A DNA stretch of 64,000 bases from Microgenomates bacterium OLB23. GTDB lineage: Bacteria > Patescibacteriota > Microgenomatia > UBA1406 > HO2-37-13b. Under the pieces are notes generated by a model. The model saw only the letters and a list, made by a program, of their open reading frames with translations. It searched no databases and was not told where the DNA came from. Shown one piece after another: positions 40,112 through 48,193 of this stretch (within the stretch, counting starts at the first letter, position 1; every line of letters starts with the position of its first letter). Location of the stretch: positions 467 to 64,466 of the forward strand of contig LMZU01000016.1 in NCBI GenBank assembly GCA_001567245.1. The letters are read 5' to 3'. The translations under genes were made by a program, and so were the position numbers.

Positions 40112-40993
40112 ATGAAAAGAGTACTCCTACTTTCTTCCGAACCACCTGTTAAGCCAAAAGTTATGTATTTGCTCTCAAGAAATCGTGAAGAGATAGGGTT
40201 ACAATCGCATGCGACCACATATACACATCTTGCAATAGCTCTTGATGCAGAAAACAAATCATCTGAAATATTCGTTGACGACAGGCCTTTTGATATGAGT
40301 GGCGTGTACTTTCGTGCATGGGCAAACTATGCTGCCATGTCGAGTGCGCTAGCTGTCTTACTTAAAAACAAGAAAGTTCCTTTCACAAACTCAGATGTGG
40401 GCACATCTGGATCAGACAGTAAATCATACGATTACTGCAAGCTCTTTAACCATATACGACTTCCCCATACTATCATTGCTTACCCAGAGTGGCTTATTAT
40501 TAATGCCGCTATGCTTGAGAATAGATTTCAGTATCCATATATCCTAAAGGCTTCTGATGGGAGGCAAGGTTATGACAACTATCTTATAAAGTGTAAGGCT
40601 GAACTTACAAAAAGTCTCAAAGGATATAAGAAGAATGCCCTATTCATTGTTCAGGAGTTCATCCCAAATTCTTTTGACTATCGCATTATTATTGTTGGTG
40701 GTAAAGCCATGCAAGCATACACAAGGACGAGAGATCCGAAATCTTCATCTCATGTAAATAATGCTTCACAAGGTGCTTCAAAAACTGTGGTTAATCTTAC
40801 AGATATTCCAAAGCTATGTAGGCTTGCAGAGAAAGCTGCAAAAACACTGAAACGAGAGATTTGTGGCGTAGATATAATAGTAAGTTCAGAAAGTAAAAAA
40901 GCCTACCTTGTTGAGGTTAATTCTTCGCCCAGTCTTCCCTATGACACTACAGTCAGACTAATCCAGTCGTACTTAACATCGACTCTAAAATAA
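40112..40993 (+). CDS. RimK-family ATP-grasp ligase (paralog)
   Basis: YILKASDGRQGYDNYLI, LFIVQEFIPNSFDYRIIIVGGK, CGVDIIVSSESKKAYLVEVNSSPS. Confidence 0.7.
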   Translation: MKRVLLLSSEPPVKPKVMYLLSRNREEIGLQSHATTYTHLAIALDAENKSSEIFVDDRPFDMSGVYFRAWANYAAMSSALAVLLKNKKVPFTNSDVGTSGSDSKSYDYCKLFNHIRLPHTIIAYPEWLIINAAMLENRFQYPYILKASDGRQGYDNYLIKCKAELTKSLKGYKKNALFIVQEFIPNSFDYRIIIVGGKAMQAYTRTRDPKSSSHVNNASQGASKTVVNLTDIPKLCRLAEKAAKTLKREICGVDIIVSSESKKAYLVEVNSSPSLPYDTTVRLIQSYLTSTLK

Positions 40994-41786
40994 GCTTATT
41001 TTTCTTATCGGGGCCATTACCTGCAAACCCAGGAACCTCAAGAATTAAAGGGATATGGGCAAGACGCTGGTCAGAAAGAAATGTTTTTATTCCTTCAAGG
41101 CCAATTTCGCCTTCTCCAATGTTTTCATGACGATCGTGCTGCGATCCACATGGTGTTTTTGAATCGTTCACATGAATACAAGCTATTTTATCTATACCAA
41201 TGAGTCGCTCTACATCATCTAGCCAGCTTGTTGCCACTTCACTATTGCAAATATCAACGCCAGAAGCAAAAAGATGTTGGGTATCAATACAAAACTGTAT
41301 GCGGTCAGACTGAACTTTTTCAAGAATTTCTACGCATTGCTCAATTTTAAAGACAATTCGTTTTTCTGATGCCATGTTTTCTACAAGAATTTTCTGTGAC
41401 GTAGGAGTATCTGAAAGTATATGACTAAGACTATCACATATTTTTTCTATGCTTCCGCTGCCAATATGCACGATCGTTCCACTACTACCTAATATTGCTC
41501 CTACTTGAAGATAGTTTTTGAGCGAATTTACCGAGAGTACATCCAAATTTTCATTTTCACTACCCAAATTGACCAAATATATGGCATGAAAGAAGAGTGC
41601 CTTCATTTGTGCGTTGGTATAGGCAGTCAAGAATTTTTGTATGTCCTCTTCGGTGTAGTTATTTGGTTTGAATGTGCGCGGTGATGAAACAAAAATTTGC
41701 AGGGCATTAAAATCCTCTGCCACCGCGCGCTCTACAGATTTGTGAAGACCGCCTGCAATAGATACGTGTCCACCAATAATGCTCAT
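40953..41786 (-). CDS. nfo: Endonuclease IV (deoxyribonuclease IV)
   Basis: IGGHVSIAGGL, HIGS, FCIDTQHLFASG, IHVNDSKTPCGSQHDRHENIGEGEIG and IPLILEVP match the Nfo metal-binding blocks. Confidence 0.9.
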   Translation of the reverse strand: MSIIGGHVSIAGGLHKSVERAVAEDFNALQIFVSSPRTFKPNNYTEEDIQKFLTAYTNAQMKALFFHAIYLVNLGSENENLDVLSVNSLKNYLQVGAILGSSGTIVHIGSGSIEKICDSLSHILSDTPTSQKILVENMASEKRIVFKIEQCVEILEKVQSDRIQFCIDTQHLFASGVDICNSEVATSWLDDVERLIGIDKIACIHVNDSKTPCGSQHDRHENIGEGEIGLEGIKTFLSDQRLAHIPLILEVPGFAGNGPDKKNKLILESMLSTTGLV

Positions 41787-41811
41787 GTGTGCTTTGCCTT
41801 TGTTACAGCAA

Positions 41812-42345
41812 TTACTTAAGCTGGTTTTTTATTTCTTCTGCAATATCAACAAAAATACGCTCGTATAATACCTCCAATTCTTCCTTGGTAAAATTCTGAA
41901 GCACATATGATTCACCGCTTACCCTGTTTTGTTGATCTCGCCCATCAACACCAATGCGCACGCGCATAAAGCCTATATCTTTTATGTGTTGCTCAATAGA
42001 CAGCAGGCCATTGTGCACTTTTGGGCCTCTTCCTGTCTGAATTTTATAGCTACCAAACACTATGTCCAGGTCATCATGTACCACAACAATATGGCTGTGA
42101 GGGATATTGTAAAAATTGGCTACTGCACTTACTGCCTTGCCGCTATCATTCATAAACGTCTGTGGTTTTAGCAGTAAGAGTTTTTCGTGTTGCTGCATTA
42201 TCTCGCCCACTTTGCCAAACAATTTTTCATTATGCTTCCACTCTACCTCACCTTTCGCCAGCCACTCTAAAAACATAAAACCTACATTGTGACGAGTGTG
42301 TACGTATTTTTCTCCGGGGTTGCCCAGCCCAACAAGCAGTTTCAT
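41812..42345 (-). CDS. pth: Peptidyl-tRNA hydrolase
   Basis: MKLLVGLGNPGEKYVHTRHNVGFMFLEWLA and VVHDDLD are canonical Pth motifs. Confidence 0.95.
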   Translation of the reverse strand: MKLLVGLGNPGEKYVHTRHNVGFMFLEWLAKGEVEWKHNEKLFGKVGEIMQQHEKLLLLKPQTFMNDSGKAVSAVANFYNIPHSHIVVVHDDLDIVFGSYKIQTGRGPKVHNGLLSIEQHIKDIGFMRVRIGVDGRDQQNRVSGESYVLQNFTKEELEVLYERIFVDIAEEIKNQLK

Positions 42346-42380
42346 AGAATATAGTATACTGTACTTTCAGCTCACCGTAT

Positions 42381-42461
42381 GCCGGGGTGGCGAAATGGTA
42401 GACGCGCACGCTTCAGAAGCGTGTGTCGCAAGACATGGAGGTTCGAGTCCTCTCTCCGGCA
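42381..42461 (+). tRNA. tRNA-Leu (anticodon CAG), class II with long variable arm
   Basis: Acceptor GCCGGGG/CTCCGGC (one G-U pair). Anticodon stem CACGC/GCGTG with loop TTCAGAA. T-loop GGTTCGAGTCC. Discriminator A. CCA is not encoded. Confidence 0.9.
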
Positions 42462-42507
42462 CAACCTCGGGGGGTGATTTAGCGCACCCCCTCGGACTAA
42501 ATAAGAT

Positions 42508-42750
42508 TTAACTTTTATTTAACATAAAAAAGGCTGGCGGAGGGCCGCACCCCAACTCATGATCACGGGCTGCTGCCGCGTTGCTGAGTGCTTCTGCCTC
42601 CGCCTGGGTGTAGCTGCCAGACTTGAAGCCGCAGTAGCGACACAGACGATGATACTTGTTGTCAGGACCGACACCCCAACACATGTCTTCCCCGCACCAA
42701 GGACAGATCTTAAGCACCTCAATCGTCCTTTCTTGTAGAGAGGCTGGCAC
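42508..42750 (-). CDS. Small zinc-ribbon protein (80 aa), GC-rich relative to neighbours
   Basis: CPWC...(17)...CRYC four-Cys ribbon. By eye the composition is clearly more GC-rich than the flanks. Confidence 0.4.
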   Translation of the reverse strand: MPASLQERTIEVLKICPWCGEDMCWGVGPDNKYHRLCRYCGFKSGSYTQAEAEALSNAAAARDHELGCGPPPAFFMLNKS

Positions 42751-42819
42751 CTCTCAAAAGTTGGTGTTCATTATAGCACAGCATGAGTTTAAACCCAGTA
42801 TTTTTGCTATACTGAGTAC

Positions 42820-43755
42820 ATGTTTAATATGCCCGAGCCCACGCTGGAATCACTGAAAAAACACATTGGCGTACTTGCACTGCAAGCAGGATTCCTTGTA
42901 CTCCTTGCGCTCAGCTATGGCGGCTTTGCACTCAATACCTATGTAAAAGAAGCCTCAATACCCTCTCACATTACCTCTCCCCTTGCTTACGAACAACAAA
43001 CAGCACAAACATCAGAGGCTGTTTTAGGAGAAGACACCGCAGAAACCCCTGTAGAAGAACCTCTAGAAGAATCCGAAACTATGCCAGAACCCACTATGTA
43101 CCCACAACCTCCACGTAAGGAGTATGCAATCGCCATCTATGGCGACTCCATGGTCGATACCATGGGTGAACGACTAGAGTATCTTGAACATGCTCTCTTA
43201 GAGCGTTACCCAGAAACAACATTTCGCCTATATAACTACGGCGTAGGTTCACAAAATATTCATAATGGTCTTGAACGTTGGAATAAACCATTGCGCTACC
43301 AAGATCGCGACTTTCCGGCAATTACCGAACTCAGACCAGACATTATTATCGTCGGCTCATTTGCCTACAATGTGCTAGTGCCGCACGATCGCAATGCACA
43401 CTGGCTTGGCTATACTGAGCTTGTACAGCGGGCACAGCGCCTTACGCCACACGTGTATATGCTTGCAGAAATTGCACCAATGCGACGTGGTTTTGGCTTT
43501 GGGCCAAACGGGGTAAATTGGGAGCCGTCAACTGCGTGGAGCCATACAGAAAAAATTATTGAACAGCTAGAAAATGTACTGGGTCTTGCACGAACGTTGC
43601 AAGTGCCGCTTATTGATGCATACTCACCATCACTTCAAGATGGTGTAAAAGAAGGCAAACGCGAACTTGTGAATCCTAGTGATAATATTCACCCTTCAGT
43701 AGAGGGGCACAAGTTCATCGCGAAAACGATTGTAGATGCTTTGAAGTTTAGATAG
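42820..43755 (+). CDS. Membrane-anchored SGNH/GDSL-family hydrolase
   Basis: Block I IAIYGDSMVD (GDS) and block V DNIHPSVEGH (DxxH). N-terminal TM helix. -10 TATACT (42808-42813) lies 6 nt upstream of the ATG. Confidence 0.7.
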   Translation: MFNMPEPTLESLKKHIGVLALQAGFLVLLALSYGGFALNTYVKEASIPSHITSPLAYEQQTAQTSEAVLGEDTAETPVEEPLEESETMPEPTMYPQPPRKEYAIAIYGDSMVDTMGERLEYLEHALLERYPETTFRLYNYGVGSQNIHNGLERWNKPLRYQDRDFPAITELRPDIIIVGSFAYNVLVPHDRNAHWLGYTELVQRAQRLTPHVYMLAEIAPMRRGFGFGPNGVNWEPSTAWSHTEKIIEQLENVLGLARTLQVPLIDAYSPSLQDGVKEGKRELVNPSDNIHPSVEGHKFIAKTIVDALKFR

Positions 43756-43767
43756 AAGAGGCAGATT

Positions 43768-45012
43768 CTACTTACGTTGAGTATATTTATCAATAGGTAC
43801 CGCATATCCAATACCCTCAATATATGAAGGATTATACCCATATTGGACAGCTGTCCCTCTAATACCAAGCATTACATTTGCAACATCACCTGGATAGCTT
43901 ATTTGAGTTTTGAATGTACCCGAGGAAGAATAATGAATACCCACAAGTTCTCCCTCTGCATTTACTAAGCCAGAGCCACTTCTTCCTGCAAATGAGAATG
44001 GAATATCCTCTCTCCCGTTATCGATGACACTTCCAAATGCATACAGCATATTACCCACACTATCGTATCCAATGACTCTACCCCTTATGGGTTTAATTTC
44101 GTAGCTCCCTTTTCTATTAAGTGTATAGCCTGCATATCCAAGACCAAAAATAGGGTCTCCAATATCAGGTTGGTTATTTGCAATGGGCACAATTCCAAAT
44201 CCTCCACCAAGTTCTTCAACACTATAGCCCATCATAGCGATGTCATTTTTTTTACTTACCCATTCCGGTTCTGCACTAAAAAAACTGATGCCATTTTTTC
44301 CAATCTTTGCATATGGGTGTCCAAGTTCATGAGAATAGGTACCAACTGGAGCAGCCACATGGCGATTTGTTAATACTTTTCCTGGGCCAATGCTAACACC
44401 AGAACCATAACCTTTGTATTCATGCTGTGCCTCGCCTGATTCTGCAAAACCTGTTTCTTCCCACACTCTTACCATCATTGTTGCATCACGAAGTCTGTTC
44501 CAATATTCAGGAGCAAGATCTTCTGTAATTGGTTCTGGAATTCGATAATCATTACATCCTATGTCTGGAAAATTTAATGGTGATGTTGTGCATGATGTGC
44601 CAGTGCGGTCAACATTCTTTATTGGATTCCCTTGCACATATCCGTACCTATTCGGCCCCTCTACCTTATCTGCCTGGATAAACGCACCCAACTGTGGGCT
44701 ATAGAAACGTGCTGCTGCATGATAGATGCCTGTATCTTCAAGCTTTCTGTGTCCTGTAAACTGTCTATCGTAGAGGTTTTCTACATCTTCCACGTCTGTG
44801 CCATATGGGTAGTATGCTCCCTCTCTTGTTGAACCCAAATAGTCTTTTGTGATCAGCGTTTCTTTATCATCTTCTTTCAATATCATTGTTTGGTTTGAAG
44901 TCGGGATATATAATCGCGAGGTAGTTTCTGTCGCATGGGCCATGTTACATATGCCTCCAAGTTGGAGAAATACATAGCCGCATATTAGTATGGTGAAAAA
45001 TTTAATGCGCAT
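43768..45012 (-). CDS. Secreted 'RHS core-end' protein with C-terminal trypsin-like (S1-type) serine peptidase domain
   Basis: Signal peptide. YIPTSNQ...YYPYG...DRQFTGHRKLEDTGIYHAAARFYSPQLGAFIQADKVEGPNRYGYVQGNPIKNVDRTGTSC. Then an ordered H/D/S triad: VLTNRHVAAP, KKNDIAMMGY, AGRSGSGLVN. Confidence 0.6.
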   Translation of the reverse strand: MRIKFFTILICGYVFLQLGGICNMAHATETTSRLYIPTSNQTMILKEDDKETLITKDYLGSTREGAYYPYGTDVEDVENLYDRQFTGHRKLEDTGIYHAAARFYSPQLGAFIQADKVEGPNRYGYVQGNPIKNVDRTGTSCTTSPLNFPDIGCNDYRIPEPITEDLAPEYWNRLRDATMMVRVWEETGFAESGEAQHEYKGYGSGVSIGPGKVLTNRHVAAPVGTYSHELGHPYAKIGKNGISFFSAEPEWVSKKNDIAMMGYSVEELGGGFGIVPIANNQPDIGDPIFGLGYAGYTLNRKGSYEIKPIRGRVIGYDSVGNMLYAFGSVIDNGREDIPFSFAGRSGSGLVNAEGELVGIHYSSSGTFKTQISYPGDVANVMLGIRGTAVQYGYNPSYIEGIGYAVPIDKYTQRK

Positions 45013-46258
45013 AAGCTTCGTTACCCATAAATCCTCTCATAATAGCGCTCTCTAAATCGTGAATAGGTTTTTGTACAACTGGATTTGTTCTAAAATGATT
45101 TGTTGCCCCAAAATGCGTACCTGCATTCGTAAGCACACCCTGCAGTTGAGGAACCGACCTGTTAAGTCCTTTTTTCACAAATGAACCTCCAAGCTTTCCT
45201 CCACCATAGCGACCTAACAATGAAACCTTGAGACCAGCCTTTGTCGCCAGATAGTTTGTAGTAAGCGCAGAACCGAGCGTTACCCCATCCATTTTTTGCA
45301 TGTCATGAACAGTGCCATATGCAATAAGTGGAGAAACAATCACCGACTCGGCCGCAAGTTCGTACGTAAGGTGACCTGCTTTTGAACCAGCCATCGCACG
45401 CACAAACGAGGGACTTTTTTCTAGAAAGCGCGCGTATTGTGGGTTCATAAACCCACGCGCACTACTTATCCACTTTCCACCTACTGCGCCTACAACACCT
45501 TGGGTAACAAGCTTTTCCGCATCAAAATCGCCTTGTAAACCTTGTGCAACCGCTTCAATACCGACGCTTCCTACTGCTCCCTGAACTGCCGAATACTGGA
45601 GCGCACTCCCAGCTGCACCAGAAATGGATGATGCAACTCCCGAGCCAGCTATAACAGGTGCTGCATAAATGCCCCCAGCTACAACCACTCCTGCTGCTGT
45701 GCCACCGACTATTGGGTAATAAATTCTATCGGGGATACCCTGGTCTGGGGGCATTTCATATATATCCATGCCTCTGAACTCGGGCTTTAGCGTGTACATG
45801 GTGTAGTAGTCGCTTAGGTCAATATATTGTGGTTCTTTTGGTAGCTCACATTGTGTAACGCATGTGCCTGTTGGGTCGGTATAAGTTACGGGGTTATTAA
45901 CTGCATAGATATAGCGATGGGGGCTTTCTACACGATCAGCGTGTAAAAACTGCCCTAGCTGTGGGTTATAAAATCTTGCACCCGCGTGGTAAACACCAGC
46001 ATCACCAAGACTACGATGGCCGGTAAATTGACGGTCGGTTGAAGTTTGTGTATTCTCAACATCTTCACCGTATGGATAAAAGCTCTTTTCTCGTACAGAA
46101 CCCAAGTAATCGTTCACAGCTATTGAACTCTTATCACCCTCCTTTATTATCATTGTCTGACTCGAAGTAGGAATGTAAACACGAGAATTTACTGAAGCAA
46201 AAGAGGATTTCGGAAAGACCAAAATGAAGAAAATAACACTCAAAAGCCTCTTCTTCAT
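45002..46258 (-). CDS. Secreted 'RHS core-end' protein with Gly-zipper region and unknown C-terminal domain
   Basis: Start at the ATG 46258 (MKKRLLSVIFFILVF). ...DRQFTGHRSLGDAGVYHAGARFYNPQLGQFLHADRVESPHRYIYAVNNPVTYTDPTGTC. Then GGTAAGVVVAGGIYAAPVIAGSGVASSISGAAGS. Confidence 0.55.
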   Translation of the reverse strand: MKKRLLSVIFFILVFPKSSFASVNSRVYIPTSSQTMIIKEGDKSSIAVNDYLGSVREKSFYPYGEDVENTQTSTDRQFTGHRSLGDAGVYHAGARFYNPQLGQFLHADRVESPHRYIYAVNNPVTYTDPTGTCVTQCELPKEPQYIDLSDYYTMYTLKPEFRGMDIYEMPPDQGIPDRIYYPIVGGTAAGVVVAGGIYAAPVIAGSGVASSISGAAGSALQYSAVQGAVGSVGIEAVAQGLQGDFDAEKLVTQGVVGAVGGKWISSARGFMNPQYARFLEKSPSFVRAMAGSKAGHLTYELAAESVIVSPLIAYGTVHDMQKMDGVTLGSALTTNYLATKAGLKVSLLGRYGGGKLGGSFVKKGLNRSVPQLQGVLTNAGTHFGATNHFRTNPVVQKPIHDLESAIMRGFMGNEAYAH

Positions 46259-46262
46259 ATAA

Positions 46263-47738
46263 TTAATTATTAGATGGTTGGATAACATGAACCCGATTTG
46301 CAGGTACAATACCCCGATACAACATTTCATTTGGAGTTTCTTTTAGTCTGTCAAAATTAGACCAAAGCCATGGACTTGTTTCACGATCAACATTACCAAA
46401 ACCAGCGCTTCGAGCAGCTAGCATAAAATATTTTTCTGCACTATCACCAAACAATCTTAAATCAAGCCCAACATCTGTAACTTCACCACGTTTAAACCAT
46501 GCACCAATAACTGTACCTTCTTGACCAGCATATGTATTACGAGCCAAATTGTAGTCTGGTGTCCAAGAGGAAAAATGTGAATCAGCTGAGTGTCCTAAGA
46601 ATGCATGTCTATAAGGTTCTGTTACTAAGTATGAAGCTCCGGGAATAAATTCGCTTGGATCTGATCTTTGTACCAAAGTTCCCATCCCGTATCCATTATC
46701 AGGGCCTGTATATAGTCCACCTGGGACCACATCACCTCCATCATATCCTGCTCTTAATCCCTTATAAAGGAACATCATATCGTTGAATTGATTTGATTCA
46801 TCAGGAATAAGGTGTCCTGGAGCAAATCTTGTATCAAGCTGCCTATATATTCCGCCTGCATTAAAAGTTGGCGGCAAATCTGCCCCTGTTGCTATCTGTG
46901 CGCCTGCTTCAACAGCATTCATACAGTTCGGGTTGGTCATACATGTACCTGTTGCTATCTGTGCTCCACCAACTAATCCAACAGCACTCGTTGCACCAAC
47001 ACCTGTACTTACCGCGCCAATTGCTGCAGGTGCTGCAACTGCACCCAAGTAACCGACACTTGCACCTGCTACTCCACCTGCTAATCCAGCACCCAAAACC
47101 CTTGCCGGCTCTTGTACAGAGCCGTATTGTGCAACTTGACTCCCCTTTTCATAGCCAGCTCCAAAGCCGGCGCCAAATGCCGCTCCACCTATAATAATAG
47201 CTGCCACTACAATAGGTACAATCTTTCCTGAAGGATCTGTATATACTGTAGGGTTTGCGGCTGCATACATATATCTATTCGGCCCTTGCACTTTATCTGC
47301 CGAAACAAAAATGCCGAGCTGTGGATTGTAAAACCGTGCGCCTGCATGGTACACGTCCGTATCTTCTAGGCTTCTATGACTGGTAAATTGTTTGTCTGTT
47401 ACTGTGTTTGGCTCACCACTAGTCATGCCATATGGATAATATTCCTGCGAGTCGTTTGCATTATTTGAGGCAACAACTCTAGTAGAGGTTATGTGATCTT
47501 GAATAAGTAAGTTTTCATCTGCATCACTAGTTTTCATGTAGGTCGAACTTGCTCCTGTGGGAATATAAAGTTTACTTACTCTTTTTCCGGCTTGTTGCGT
47601 GCGAGTTGGCTCGGGAACATCTGGTTGTTGTGCTCTAGAGACATTAATGCGTGCTAGCGGAATAAGAAAAAAATACGTCAGTGAGAAGACTGACGCAGTG
47701 AGAATTGCGACATGTTTAATTAGTGACTTCTTCTTCAT
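46263..47738 (-). CDS. Secreted 'RHS core-end' protein with Gly-zipper region and unknown C-terminal domain
   Basis: Signal peptide MKKKSLIKHVAILTASVF. ...DKQFTSHRSLEDTDVYHAGARFYNPQLGIFVSADKVQGPNRYMYAAANPTVYTDPSGK. Then IVVAAIIIGGAAFGAGFGAGY...GAGLAGGVAGASVGYLGAVAAPAAIGAV. Confidence 0.55.
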   Translation of the reverse strand: MKKKSLIKHVAILTASVFSLTYFFLIPLARINVSRAQQPDVPEPTRTQQAGKRVSKLYIPTGASSTYMKTSDADENLLIQDHITSTRVVASNNANDSQEYYPYGMTSGEPNTVTDKQFTSHRSLEDTDVYHAGARFYNPQLGIFVSADKVQGPNRYMYAAANPTVYTDPSGKIVPIVVAAIIIGGAAFGAGFGAGYEKGSQVAQYGSVQEPARVLGAGLAGGVAGASVGYLGAVAAPAAIGAVSTGVGATSAVGLVGGAQIATGTCMTNPNCMNAVEAGAQIATGADLPPTFNAGGIYRQLDTRFAPGHLIPDESNQFNDMMFLYKGLRAGYDGGDVVPGGLYTGPDNGYGMGTLVQRSDPSEFIPGASYLVTEPYRHAFLGHSADSHFSSWTPDYNLARNTYAGQEGTVIGAWFKRGEVTDVGLDLRLFGDSAEKYFMLAARSAGFGNVDRETSPWLWSNFDRLKETPNEMLYRGIVPANRVHVIQPSNN

Positions 47739-48177
47739 ATTGGCCGAAAAGATAAATTTGCTTCATTGGTATTTCTGCATTCGCCGACTCGTACTCTTCT
47801 TGAAGGTTCATTGCTCCCCCTTCATCGTAGTAGAATCTATACACTTTCTTAAAGTTATCGTCAGCACATGCCCCTTTTTTGTTTTTCTTAAGCCCCAAAA
47901 AGATTAACTCTCCCTCACGGTTATAGCGATAGCAATTGCTTTCGTCATTCTTCATGCCGCCCTCATTTGTATAGCTTATATCAAACGAACGTGTGGTAAC
48001 TCCCTCAACAACTCCGGTGGGAGTAACGCTTATTGGAGCAGTAGTTGGAGTTGTTAGTGGCTGCAGTTTTGTTGGTACTGGACTAACTGTTGTGCTTGGA
48101 ATAACTTCTGTAGGTTCTTCTCCGGTGACTTCTACTGTTTTCGGGGCAAAGAATGGATAGGCAGATGAATACTTCAT
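47716..48177 (-). CDS. Either a separate 153-aa protein or, more likely, the C-terminal tail of the YD-repeat giant protein
   Basis: ATG at 48177. However, removing 1 base from the T9 run 48197-48205 fuses it in frame to the upstream ORF (..GRMLKKNEKDSVAMKYSS..). Contains a Thr/Pro linker and YD-like YRYNREGELIFL / YRFYYDEGG. Confidence 0.35.
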   Translation of the reverse strand: MKYSSAYPFFAPKTVEVTGEEPTEVIPSTTVSPVPTKLQPLTTPTTAPISVTPTGVVEGVTTRSFDISYTNEGGMKNDESNCYRYNREGELIFLGLKKNKKGACADDNFKKVYRFYYDEGGAMNLQEEYESANAEIPMKQIYLFGQYEEEVTN

Positions 48178-48193
48178 AGCCACACTATCTTTT

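Noticed and set aside
42462..42507. Hairpin GGGGGTG-atttagcg-CACCCCC after tRNA-Leu as a terminator
   Set aside because: The stem is only about 7 bp and has no following T-run on either strand. That is not enough to call an intrinsic terminator.
46263..46900. ADP-ribosyltransferase-like motifs (YKG/YRG, FSSWT, QEG) in the C-terminal domain of 46263..47738
   Set aside because: The R-S-E triad cannot be placed convincingly: there is no aromatic-R and no [QE]xE. The function is left unknown pending profile or structure searches.
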